20,000 bases of DNA. Origin: Thraustochytrium aureum. Lineage: Eukaryota. The notes under the pieces were generated by a model that did no database searches, was not told the DNA's origin, and saw only the letters and a program-made list of their open reading frames with translations. The position numbers were made by a program, and so were the translations under genes. Location of the stretch: NCBI GenBank assembly GCA_012862495.1, contig BLSG01000260.1, positions 66,672 through 86,671 of the forward strand, written 5' to 3'. Positions 1-9,323 of this stretch are shown here, piece by piece (within the stretch, counting starts at the first letter, position 1; each line of letters starts with the position of its first letter).

Positions 1-47
1 GAACTGAAGGGTAAACCAGTTTCTGAGGGTTGCAAAAGGCAAGAAAA

Positions 48-48
<1 letters not shown>

Positions 49-80
<32 letters not shown>
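49..80. repeat. (CAGG)8 tetranucleotide microsatellite
   Basis: Eight perfect CAGG units read directly, about 100 bp downstream of the SDHAF1-like stop. Confidence 0.97.
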
Positions 81-183
81 CCAATGGAAAGGTTTGGGGT
101 TGGGCGACGTCCGCGTCGATCAGTCATTCATTCATGGTCAGTAGTCGTCGTTCAGTGCGCCACCCGTCGTGACGGGCGGCCCG

Positions 184-432
184 TCAGTCGCGTTTGATGC
201 GCACCGTCCGGACAACTTGCACGTCGGCGTCCGCGAGTTGCTTGACCTTGCGTTCCCCTTGCCGCACGAGAAACTCGATCAGCCGAAAGTCACTCTTCGG
301 GACGTCCAGGTTCTTCCTAAACTCGTTGCGCACCGTGTCCACGCTGGCCCCGCTCGGGTCCTTCTTCTTGGCGTTGCGCAGCGCTTCTCTATACAGCCCC
401 AGCACCTGTTTCTGGAGTCCTGAGTGCCTCAT
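184..432 (-). CDS. SDHAF1: LYR-motif protein, succinate dehydrogenase assembly factor 1 (SDHAF1/Sdh6)-like, 82 aa
   Basis: ATG at 432 gives MRHSGLQKQVLGLYREALR...VRNEFRKN...DFRLIEFLVRQGERKVKQL. SGLQxxVLxLYR, R.EFR and IE.L.R.G are the SDHAF1/Sdh6 pattern. The ORF track's upstream start is non-ATG. Confidence 0.88.
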   Translation of the reverse strand: MRHSGLQKQVLGLYREALRNAKKKDPSGASVDTVRNEFRKNLDVPKSDFRLIEFLVRQGERKVKQLADADVQVVRTVRIKRD

Positions 433-1382
433 CCCGGCCTGTCCGAGCCAAGCCAAACAACAACGCGCGGCGCCAGGCCCGATCAGTCGATGATCGACTC
501 GTGCTCAACGGCCGATTCCGGCGCGCCAGCGGGGGTTTGTCCAGCTCCTCGTCGGCCTCCTCGACTCGATGTGGACTGCGCCTGCGCCTGCCAAACACGC
601 TTTGCCATGTATGTGCCGTGAGACTCACACAAACAATAAGACCCAAAATTCCTCCACTTTACCTCATCCGCATGGTGAAGAGCAACGCGAAACGAACCTT
701 TCGTGAACTCTCGTGAGATCACTGATCTCCGCAGTTCGAGCCTCGCCGTGGAGGAGAAAAAAAGAAGAAGAATTCTAGTGGGGTGCGTGGCGAGCACCTG
801 TAACGTCCTGCTTCAAGGGCGCATGAGGATCTTTGGAGGATTGTTTGCCTTGCGTCGGACCTGTTTCGGCCCTGTCGAGGTTTGTCTCCAGTTAGAGCTC
901 TTTGTCGACAGAGGGGCCGTGCGCAGGCATGGTCACCCGGTCGTTGAACACTCTCGCATAGCGTCAGGCCAGGTAATGGAGCAGCGAGAAGAGAGGGCAA
1001 TGAGCGGCTACTGGAAAGGACAACCGAGGGGTCGGGCGGGAATCATCCGGCGTAAGGCGGGTTTTCAACAAGGTTCGACTTTTCTTTTTCTCTTTTTTCT
1101 GTGCTTTGCTCCGAACGTGTTGCTCATGATGAGCCACTTGGGTTTTGCGTTTTGGTCAGGAGCCTTTTGTTTGGGGCTCGCTCGCCAGCGGATTGAGCCT
1201 TCAGATGCTTCACGAGCAAGTCGCTCCGGCCAACTTGTCTGGTCCGCAGGCGACCATCACCAAGTTTGTCACGGACCATCATCAGCAATCGTAACCATTT
1301 TGCTCATCGACGTCTTCATTTGGGGACCTGCAAGGCTCATTTGAAGCTGTCCCGTTTCCTTTACTTCCTTCTTTCGATGCCT

Positions 1383-1524
1383 TCTCGTTCAGACTCTATC
1401 TCGTTCAGACTCTATCTCGTTCAAACTCTATCTCGTTCAGACTCTATCTCGTTCAGACTCTATCTCGTTCAGACTCTATCTCGTTCAGACTCTATCTCGC
1501 TATCTCATTCAGATTCTATCTCGT
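1383..1524. repeat. 16-bp minisatellite, unit TCTCGTTCAGACTCTA
   Basis: Seven consecutive units at 1383-1494 (one G>A variant in the third), then a truncated unit, a degenerate unit at 1503-1518 and a partial unit. No spacers. Confidence 0.96.
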
Positions 1525-1662
1525 CGCGGGCTCTGGCAGGTAGGTTTTGGGCTGCCACGGCGTCCTCCCCTCTCCGTCACTAATTCGCTCTCGCCACTGC
1601 ACACTGCATATTGCACAAGCCTCCCTCCTCCGACCGACACACCTACCCCATCCGCCAGACGA

Positions 1663-3769
1663 CTAAAACATCGGCTCCATGTCTTGGTCGACTTTACGCA
1701 CTACAAGGCAGCTCGTGTGGTTCACAAACGCGCGCACATGATCCTCGCTGAGAATCTCTGGATGCGCGTCCCACTTGAACCGAAGTTCGCAGGTAAACGA
1801 CTGGTTGTAGTAGACGAACTGCTTCGGCGACTTCGGCCGCACCAAATGCCCGGGCTTCTTCATCTGCGACAGCAACGAGCCCTGGAGCGCTCGAGATGCG
1901 CCCGACATCTCCTTGAACCGATCGAACCGAATCTCCTTCTGGCCAAGCAACGCAAGCGAGGAAGCGAAAAAACCCTCATCCGGCCAGGCCAGCTCGGAAA
2001 ACAGCTCTATGAGTGCGTGTTGGTGCTCGACGATGAGCTCGGCGTGGTCCCGTCGCAGTATGAAAAACTGCTGGTGCTTGATGCAGCACTTTGGTGAGAT
2101 ACCGAGCCGCTTTTGCCAGTCAGAGTTTGCTCGTATTGCGGCAGAAGCCTGCGCAGGGCAGCCCCACGACGGGTTGAAGCAGCTGTGGAACGTGAACCTA
2201 CTCTTGCCTTCCGCAAGGATTTCGTTGCGCATCGAGTGAAAGGGGCGGAGTGGAACGCCCGAGCCGCTATGCAAGGCCATATAAGCAACGCTCGGGTCCT
2301 GCAACGCAGCTTCGATCATCAAAATCGTCGCCTGAACCAGCGAGATGTTGGCCCACTTGGTGGGGATTGGCGTGGGGACGCACCTCCCAGCTAACGGCGG
2401 AAGGAGGTCGTCGCACACGAAGGACGCGTGAGCTACTATCGTGAACTCTTCTTCCGCGCCCCCCTCAAAGAATTTCCGCCATGCTGACAACGCGACGGGG
2501 TTTTTGGTCACCAAAAACATGTGGGCGATTTTTGGCGTCTCGAGCGAGACTGCCGCGGCGGGTCTCTCGGCTCGTGCGGTAAGGGACTCCATGAGCGAGG
2601 GCGGAAATGTTGCCGGCTGCGAAGACCCTGTGCTTTGCGCACTGGAGTGCGCGCCCTTTGCCTTTTCTTGCGAGCCTTTTCGGCTGCCCTGCCTACGCGC
2701 TCCTGCCCTGGCCTGGCCTCGCGGTATCAAGCGCGGTGCGTCTCCAGAGGCTTTGCGGGGTGTTTCACGCAGGCCCGCAAGAGAAGCCTTCGGACGCACA
2801 TCGCCGCTTTTGACGGCGGGCTCAAGCTCAAGGTCAGTNNNNNNNNNNNNNNNNNNNNNNNNNNNNNNNNNNNNNNNNNNNNNNNNNNNNNNNNNNNNNN
2901 NNNNNNNNNNNNNNNNNNNNNNNNNNNNNNNNNNNNNNNNNNNNNNNNNNNNNNNNNNNNNNNNNNNNNNNNNNNNNNNNNNNNNNNNNNNNNNNNNNNN
3001 NNNNNNNNNNNNNNNNNNNNNNNNNNNNNNNNNNNNNNNNNNNNNNNNNNNNNNNNNNNNNNNNNNNNNNNNNNNNNNNNNNNNNNNNNNNNNNNNNNNN
3101 NNNNNNNNNNNNNNNNNNNNNNNNNNNNNNNNNNNNNNNNNNNNNNNNNNNNNNNNNNNNNNNNNNNNNNNNNNNNNNNNNNNNNNNNNNNNNNNNNNNN
3201 NNNNNNNNNNNNNNNNNNNNNNNNNNNNNNNNNNNNNNNNNNNNNNNNNNNNNNNNNNNNNNNNNNNNNNNNNNNNNNNNNNNNNNNNNNNNNNNNNNNN
3301 NNNNNNNNNNNNNNNNNNNNNNNNNNNNNNNNNNNNNNNNNNNNNNNNNNNNNNNNNNNNNNNNNNNNNNNNNNNNNNNNNNNNNNNNNNNNNNNNNNNN
3401 NNNNNNNNNNNNNNNNNNNNNNNNNNNNNNNNNNNNNNNNNNNNNNNNNNNNNNNNNNNNNNNNNNNNNNNNNNNNNNNNNNNNNNNNNNNNNNNNNNNN
3501 NNNNNNNNNNNNNNNNNNNNNNNNNNNNNNNNNNNNNNNNNNNNNNNNNNNNNNNNNNNNNNNNNNNNNNNNNTACCGTTGCTTCCGCTCTCGACGCCGC
3601 TTTCGGCGCCGCTCTCGGCGTCGCTCTCGGCGACTGCGTGACTTGAGTGTCTTGTGTTCTCCTTGTACCTGTTGCCATGAAACCAATCTCTTTCTGCGCG
3701 CCACACACTCGCCACCGCAGCGAAGCACAACGCGGCCAACACACATGCTACCGCTGTGAACTGGCGCAT
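1663..3769 (-). CDS. Core-2/I-branching (GT14/DUF266-like) glycosyltransferase, type II membrane protein; interrupted by an assembly gap
   Basis: The catalytic part (1663 to about 2535) has KIAHMFL, WRKFF, TKWANISLVQA..LM..AL.D, SGSGVPLRPF, QFFILRRDHA, PDEGFF and a terminal RK. ATG at 3769 gives a signal anchor (MRQFTAVACVLAALCFAAVASVW) and a low-complexity stem. Joining across the gap 2839-3573 is inferred. Confidence 0.82.
2839..3573. other. Assembly gap (735 N)
   Basis: N run inside the glycosyltransferase stem region. Confidence 0.99.
3584..3631 (-). repeat. 12-bp coding tandem repeat (AESD-AESG-AESG-VESG)
   Basis: GCC GAG AGC GAC / GCC GAG AGC GGC / GCC GAA AGC GGC / GTC GAG AGC GGA on the minus strand, next to the gap. 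Confidence 0.8.
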
Positions 3770-4260
3770 CGTCGCTCCTCCCCCCTGGTTGGCCGTTGGC
3801 CCCCGCCGCCGCCAACGACGCTTGCGGCGCTCGAACCTGTTTGCAGTGCGTCTCGACTGCTGCGTAAGCCTTACCCCAACGCAACTCACCAACCCATTTC
3901 TCATCAAAGAAGGCGACGTAGTTGGAACAGACACGCCCAGAACAGAAGAAGCTGAAACAGCTGGAACAGCTGGCAGCCCGACATGGGAAGCTCAGGTTCC
4001 TGCGCCTCTAGCTCGAGCTAGCTCGAAGTACCTGGTCGGTGGCCGGCCACCACTTGGATGGTCGAGCTGCGCGCTGCATGACCGTCGAAGCGGGGTCATC
4101 ACCCAATGAGCGGGGGTGTGCAGCATGTGTTTGAGCTCGTCGATAGCACACTGCCAGCCTGGCAGCGGGCAAGACGTTTTTTCACACGTCGATGCCCACC
4201 GAGGACGAAGCGAGGTCTGGCGCGACGACGTTTCAACGACGCCCACCCAGCGCGAGCAGC

Positions 4261-4445
4261 CGATATCGCTTGAGCAGAAGCAGGAGGAGGTGCTGCGGCG
4301 CGCTGCGCTCGTCGGCTGCGCTCCGCGCTACGTGTTCGACTTCTTCGACTCCAAAGACCGCTGCGGCGCGATCAAGGCCAGCGTGAAGGAAACATTTGCG
4401 AGCAAGCCCGTCGACGTTGTATTGGAGGCTGCGGATCAGAACTGA
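4261..4445 (+). pseudogene. Possible orphan protein fragment (RHS/Crinkler-type NTPase-like motif)
   Basis: EEVLRRAALVGCAPRYVFDFF resembles the R..vG..PRYvF helical motif I recall from RHS/CR-NTPases. No P-loop or credible full ORF is visible. Confidence 0.2.
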
Positions 4446-5911
4446 AGCAGGGCAGTTCGTCCTCTGTGTCCCTCTTCGTCAGTCGATTGCCTATCCGACC
4501 CCGGACTACATAGCAACCCCAGAACACAGCTTACCCACACGCCTTCTGCCTCGCACCTCAGCTTGACGCCCGCTGGCACCGTCCAGCGCGCTCAGCCCGG
4601 CTCAGCTTGGCAACCCTGCTGGGAATTGAACCCGGCCGGATCTACGTGGGGCAGTACCCCTCGTTTTATTTCGCGGACGCGCGTCCCCCCGGTCACGGGA
4701 GGGCACGGGATTCAGCAACCGTGTCGGCATCAGTCTCTGGCGCGCTCTTCTTCACGGGCGGTCGAGGCGGAGTGGGTGCGCCGTAGGCAGGCCGCCGCCT
4801 GTGCTCCACCGAGTGAAAACTGTTGGCGATCACCAAAGGCCGCATGAACGACAGGACAAAGGCGCTTGAAACGGTTTCGACTGGATCGGCGTTCGGTGGC
4901 CATTTTGAGTCATCCTGGGCGCTCCAGTGCGCTCACCTGGAAGCGGCGTGAGCGCAAGCGGGCCAATGTCTATGGTGGGAACAAGCAGGATTAGATGTAG
5001 AGTACGAGCGTATTCGAGAACTCGCTTGACACGTTGCTGCTACCGCCCAGGGAGGTCGTCCCAGCCGTCGACGGCGCCCTGGCTGCGGACACCTTGCACT
5101 GCGGCAAAGACACCGCATCTAGCTATTTCAAGATTCGGCCCGGCTCAGCTGCTGTAGCCCGGCCATGACAAGCCGACGGCCGATGCGCGAGTCCTGCACA
5201 TCGCTCAAGTTCACCCGCGTGAGAATAAGGTTGTCGCCGCTGCGTTCGAGGGCGATTTGACACCGAAAGCCCTTCGGCGGAGGACGCGGCCGCCAAGGCC
5301 GCACTGATCGAGAGGGGCAAAAGACGCACGAAGCTGGTGGGCGAGTGGGTCAAGTTGGGCCCCGTCGGCTTCCCAAAGCTGAGATGTCACGTCGTGGCTG
5401 AGGCTTTGTCTGTTTATCTTTGGATGGTGCAACTATTTCGGCCCGCGGGTGATCGTCGTTCGTTACCGACATTCCTTGTCAACATCGGCAGGAGAATGCT
5501 ATCATTCGTGGAGATCTTTCTTCGCCATCGCCAGACCATCGGCAGCACGCGGCTTTCCTCGCGTACAAAGATGTCCCGTTCGTTTCAGGCCCCGTTCGGT
5601 AGGTTGTCTCGGGTGTTAACTCGACCGAGGCCTTGGCTTCGTTTGGTCAAAGCAAAACGGTCATCGCCGCTTCCCATCTCACCTCCAAACCCAGTTGGCG
5701 TTCGACCGCTCGTATCTGGAACGTACCTACGCTACTGCTGCAGCTGTCACGTACCCCAGACGGCCTCTCTAGAGCTAGCGCCCAGTGGTAAGTACCGTTC
5801 GCTCGCAGCTCGCGGAGTCCTCGCCGTTCGCCCGCGGCGAAGAAGGCACATCGAGTACTCCAGCTCGCTCTCGAGCACATACACTGGTACGATACACTGC
5901 AGCTCCTCGTG

Positions 5912-7816
5912 ATGCAATCCAACAGCGCAGTCGAGCCTCTCTACGTCATCACAGGNNNNNNNNNNNNNNNNNNNNNNNNNNNNNNNNNNNNNNNNNNNNN
6001 NNNNNNNNNNNNNNNNNNNNNNNNNNNNNNNNNNNNNNNNNNNNNNNNNNNNNNNNNNNNNNNNNNNNNNNNNNNNNNNNNNNNNNNNNNNNNNNNNNNN
6101 NNNNNNNNNNNNNNNNNNNNNNNNNNNNNNNNNNNNNNNNNNNNNNNNNNNNNNNNNNNNNNNNNNNNNNNNNNNNNNNNNNNNNNNNNNNNNNNNNNNN
6201 NNNNNNNNNNNNNNNNNNNNNNNNNNNNNNNNNNNNNNNNNNNNNNNNNNNNNNNNNNNNNNNNNNNNNNNNNNNNNNNNNNNNNNNNNNNNNNNNNNNN
6301 NNNNNNNNNNNNNNNNNNNNNNNNNNNNNNNNNNNNNNNNNNNNNNNNNNNNNNNNNNNNNNNNNNNNNNNNNNNNNNNNNNNNNNNNNNNNNNNNNNNN
6401 NNNNNNNNNNNNNNNNNNNNNNNNNNNNNNNNNNNNNNNNNNNCCAACCTAAAGGCGCCCGAGCAGGTTGGCCCCATAGAGACCCCCGCCGCCACCGAGA
6501 CCGCAGCAAGGACGAGCACGTCCCGGTCCAGCGCGTCCCGGTCCAGCACCTCGCGCGCCAGCAAAATGGAAAAGCAAACGTCGAGATCCAGCTTCGCTCA
6601 GTTCGTCAAGAACCGCGTGCCGTCCCTCAGGGCCGTCTCGCACGTGTCCTCCAAAAGCAACCTGGTGGGTGAGAGCCCCAGCGAGATGGGGTCTGCGCGT
6701 CAGGCACACGTCGACCAGATTCGCATGCTCTTGCGCATGACCTCGGCAGGCGCCTTTAAGGCTGGCATGCACTTTCGTCGGTACGAGGAGCCGTCCGCCG
6801 AAACGCTCGAGCTGTACAAGTCACCCGGCGGACTTGTCAAGTGGCGCAGAAACATGGACATTGGCTGGACCAAGATCCACGCTGCTGCCTGGAACCGCGA
6901 CGAAAAGGCCCTCCGCAAGGTCCTCCGCGCAGCGCCAAAGAGCGACATCAACCTCCTCACTGGCGACTGCCTCGAGTCAGCCATCTCGCTCGCGGTAAAG
7001 CGCGGCAGTCGCCCTTGCGTTAGCGTCCTCCTCGAAGCGGGCGCCGACATTGACCTGAGCGATACCTTCGGCTACACGCCCCTTCACTATGCGATCAGGC
7101 GCTCCGACACCATCATGTTTGATAGCCTCATGGGGCGCAAGGCCGATGTCTCGGCCGTCACGGCCGAGCTGGGGCTCTCCCCGCTCCACCTCGCGGCGAG
7201 GTATGCCAACGAAGACATTGTCAAGGCCTTGCTTGACAGGGAGGTCGACGTTGACGTGCTCGACAAGCGCGGGTGGACGCCCCTCTACTATGCCGTCATG
7301 CGGAACGGCACCGCCTCCTTGGTCAACCTGCTCGTTGATCGGGGCGCCAACGTCTCGCACAAGGACAAGTATGGCCTCTCGCCGCTCCACTGCGCGGTCG
7401 TCTCGGACGACCCCGACGTGCTTCCTCCGCTTATTGAGCGCGGCGCGCGCATGGATGCCAAGGACGCAAACGCATGGACGCCGCTCCACTATTGCGCGCG
7501 GTACGATGCCGTCATGAGCCTGCAGACCCTTCTCGAGTTTGGGGCTCGCCCGTCGCCCACGGTTGTTGCTGAGGTGGCGCCTTACGACATTGCCTTCCGC
7601 CACGGGTTTGACAAGGTGCTCACGTTGCTCGAGGGCGCCAACGATTTCAGGATGCCTGAAGGCGACAGAAGCACCATCAACTGCGATGACTCTTGTCTCG
7701 GCATGTACGAGCGCATGGACAAGGAGATTGACCTCGCCGAGCTCGCGAACATTCACGCCGTGCTCACGCACGCTGGCGCGTATCAGCCGGACGGCTCGTG
7801 TTGTGTAATCCTCTAA
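5912..7816 (+). CDS. Ankyrin-repeat protein (about 8 repeats) with C-terminal CaaX box; 5' end uncertain because of a gap
   Basis: Repeats begin GWTKIHAAA, LESAISLAV, GYTPLHYAI, GLSPLHLAA, GWTPLYYAV, GLSPLHCAV, AWTPLHYCA and EVAPYDIAF. The protein ends GSCCVIL*. The frame is open from 6444; the start could be the ATG at 5912, within the gap, or the ATG at 6566. Confidence 0.9.
   Translation: MQSNSAVEPLYVITXXXXXXXXXXXXXXXXXXXXXXXXXXXXXXXXXXXXXXXXXXXXXXXXXXXXXXXXXXXXXXXXXXXXXXXXXXXXXXXXXXXXXXXXXXXXXXXXXXXXXXXXXXXXXXXXXXXXXXXXXXXXXXXXXXXXXXXXXXXXXXXXXXXXXXXXXXXXXXXXXXXXNLKAPEQVGPIETPAATETAARTSTSRSSASRSSTSRASKMEKQTSRSSFAQFVKNRVPSLRAVSHVSSKSNLVGESPSEMGSARQAHVDQIRMLLRMTSAGAFKAGMHFRRYEEPSAETLELYKSPGGLVKWRRNMDIGWTKIHAAAWNRDEKALRKVLRAAPKSDINLLTGDCLESAISLAVKRGSRPCVSVLLEAGADIDLSDTFGYTPLHYAIRRSDTIMFDSLMGRKADVSAVTAELGLSPLHLAARYANEDIVKALLDREVDVDVLDKRGWTPLYYAVMRNGTASLVNLLVDRGANVSHKDKYGLSPLHCAVVSDDPDVLPPLIERGARMDAKDANAWTPLHYCARYDAVMSLQTLLEFGARPSPTVVAEVAPYDIAFRHGFDKVLTLLEGANDFRMPEGDRSTINCDDSCLGMYERMDKEIDLAELANIHAVLTHAGAYQPDGSCCVIL
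5956..6443. other. Assembly gap (488 N)
   Basis: N run. Confidence 0.99.
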
Positions 7817-8108
7817 AGTCCCCGTCCGGTCGTGCGCGCAGCCTGCATCCAATGCGCAGTGCGCTTGCACCGCTGACTGAAGACTATCCTCTCCGGCTAG
7901 AGCTGTTGCGCTGGAGAGACTCGCTCCCTCTGAACTGAAAACGTGGGCGGCTGTTGTTTCTTTCTTTTGTCTTCATCGTTTGCCTTGATTGAGAGCCAAA
8001 GGAATTTCTCCCAGACCCGATCCTTCTCGGGAACGTCGTCGTTGTCACCACTTGCCGGTGCCAATGCGCTTCGAGGCTGCTCAGTGTCACGGTTGGTGGC
8101 CTCCCTGC

Positions 8109-9063
8109 TCAAAAGCCTTCGAGTTGGGCGGCGAGTTCACCTGCCCCGTGACGCAACCTGCCGGCAGGGCCAAACAACGCGACCAGCATCCCGTAGTACG
8201 TAGGAGCCGCGATGACGGCGTCGATTTTGCTCTCCCAAGCGCGCTCGTGCACAGCGAGCAGCACAGCGTGCAGGACCACCAGCGAGGGGAATCCGCAGCT
8301 CAGAGCCTCGTCCACCAGGCCACGAGCCACCACCAGCNNNNNNNNNNNNNNNNNNNNNNNNNNNNNNNNNNNNNNNNNNNNNNNNNNNNNNNNNNNNNNN
8401 NNNNNNNNNNNNNNNNNNNNNNNNNNNNNNNNNNNNNNNNNNNNNNNNNNNNNNNNNNNNNNNNNNNNNNNNNNNNNNNNNNNNNNNNNNNNNNNNNNNN
8501 NNNNNNNNNNNNNNNNNNNNNNNNNNNNNNNNNNNNNNNNNNNNNNNNNNNNNNNNNNNNNNNNNNNNNNNNNNNNNNNNNNNNNNNNNNNNNNNNNNNN
8601 NNNNNNNNNNNNNNNNNNNNNNNNNNNNNNNNNNNNNNNNNNNNNNNNNNNNNNNNNNNNNNNNNNNNNNNNNNNNNNNNNNNNNNNNNNNNNNNNNNNN
8701 NNNNNNNNNNNNNNNNNNNNNNNNNNNNNNNNNNNNNNNNNNNNNNNNNNNNNNNNNNNNNNNNNNNNNNNNNNNNNCCTGTCCGTGCGGGGTCACCAGC
8801 ACGACTAGGTCGGGCGCCATCTTCCGCAGCGCCTCGCGGGCATCAAGGGCAGCAGCGTGGACTCGGTCGGCGGCCACCCTCGCAGCAGACCCCTCGGCGA
8901 GCAGCTCGGGCATCAACGCAAAGTCGCCGTGGGGAATCACTGCGGCGCCGACGAGTCTGGCATCGGCCGTCCAATTCAATCGCGCGACAGCCGCCAGCGC
9001 GACCGCCGCGCGCGCGACTCGCGCCAACCTGGCCGCCATTCTGGGCGCCATTCTGACCACCAT
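8109..9063 (-). CDS. LigB/Memo-fold (class III extradiol dioxygenase-like) protein; interrupted by a gap
   Basis: The N-terminal part has LVGAAVIPHG and PDLVVLVTPHG, the two His motifs of the LigB fold. The C-terminal part after the gap (8109-8337) has ALSCG and PTYYGMLVA. Joining across the gap is inferred. Confidence 0.78.
8338..8777. other. Assembly gap (440 N)
   Basis: N run. Confidence 0.99.
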
Positions 9064-9323
9064 TCAGGTTTCGAATTTTTGGGAGTCGAAGACTAGACCT
9101 CTAGCGTCGCGCGAGCCGGCCAGTACGCGCAGCCTCATCCAAGCAGCAGCCTTGGCGGCCGAGTCACTCTCCGGCGGAGACCGAGAGGCTGCGGGAGGGG
9201 GAGAGGGCAAGGGGGCGGGGATTCGCGTCGCGCTTTCGTTTCGTTTCTTGTTTTTTTGTTTGAAATTGGCGCATCCCGCGTCGGGTCGCGCGCTGCCAAG
9301 TGGCTGGCTTGCGCTGCCCCGGG
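9064..9323. promoter_or_regulatory. Probable bidirectional promoter region between the LigB-like gene and PSF2
   Basis: 260 bp between divergent ATGs, with a G-rich tract (about 9193-9220) and a T-rich tract (9234-9261). No specific site is identified. Confidence 0.4.

Noticed and set aside
26..40. GAGGGTTGCAAA as the left TIR partner of TTGGCAACCCTG at 4607-4618
   Set aside because: Only about 10 of 12 matches, no target-site duplication seen, and the interval contains housekeeping genes.
703..1344. 213-aa plus-strand ORF
   Set aside because: Non-ATG start, no recognisable motif, its hydrophobic stretch comes from a T-tract, and it lacks the codon bias of the real genes.
1383..1524. CRISPR array or telomeric repeat
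   Set aside because: Units are directly adjacent with no spacers, no cas genes are present, the context is eukaryotic, and the unit is not G-rich.
2441..3759. Long ORFs spanning N runs (also around 5785-6672, 12466-14496, 13826-15455 and 16919-17768)
   Set aside because: Their length is an artefact of N runs lacking stop codons.
6977..7870. 297-aa antisense ORF over the ankyrin gene (similarly 15365-16210 and 9600-9914)
   Set aside because: Shadow ORFs expected from high GC and C/G third-position bias.
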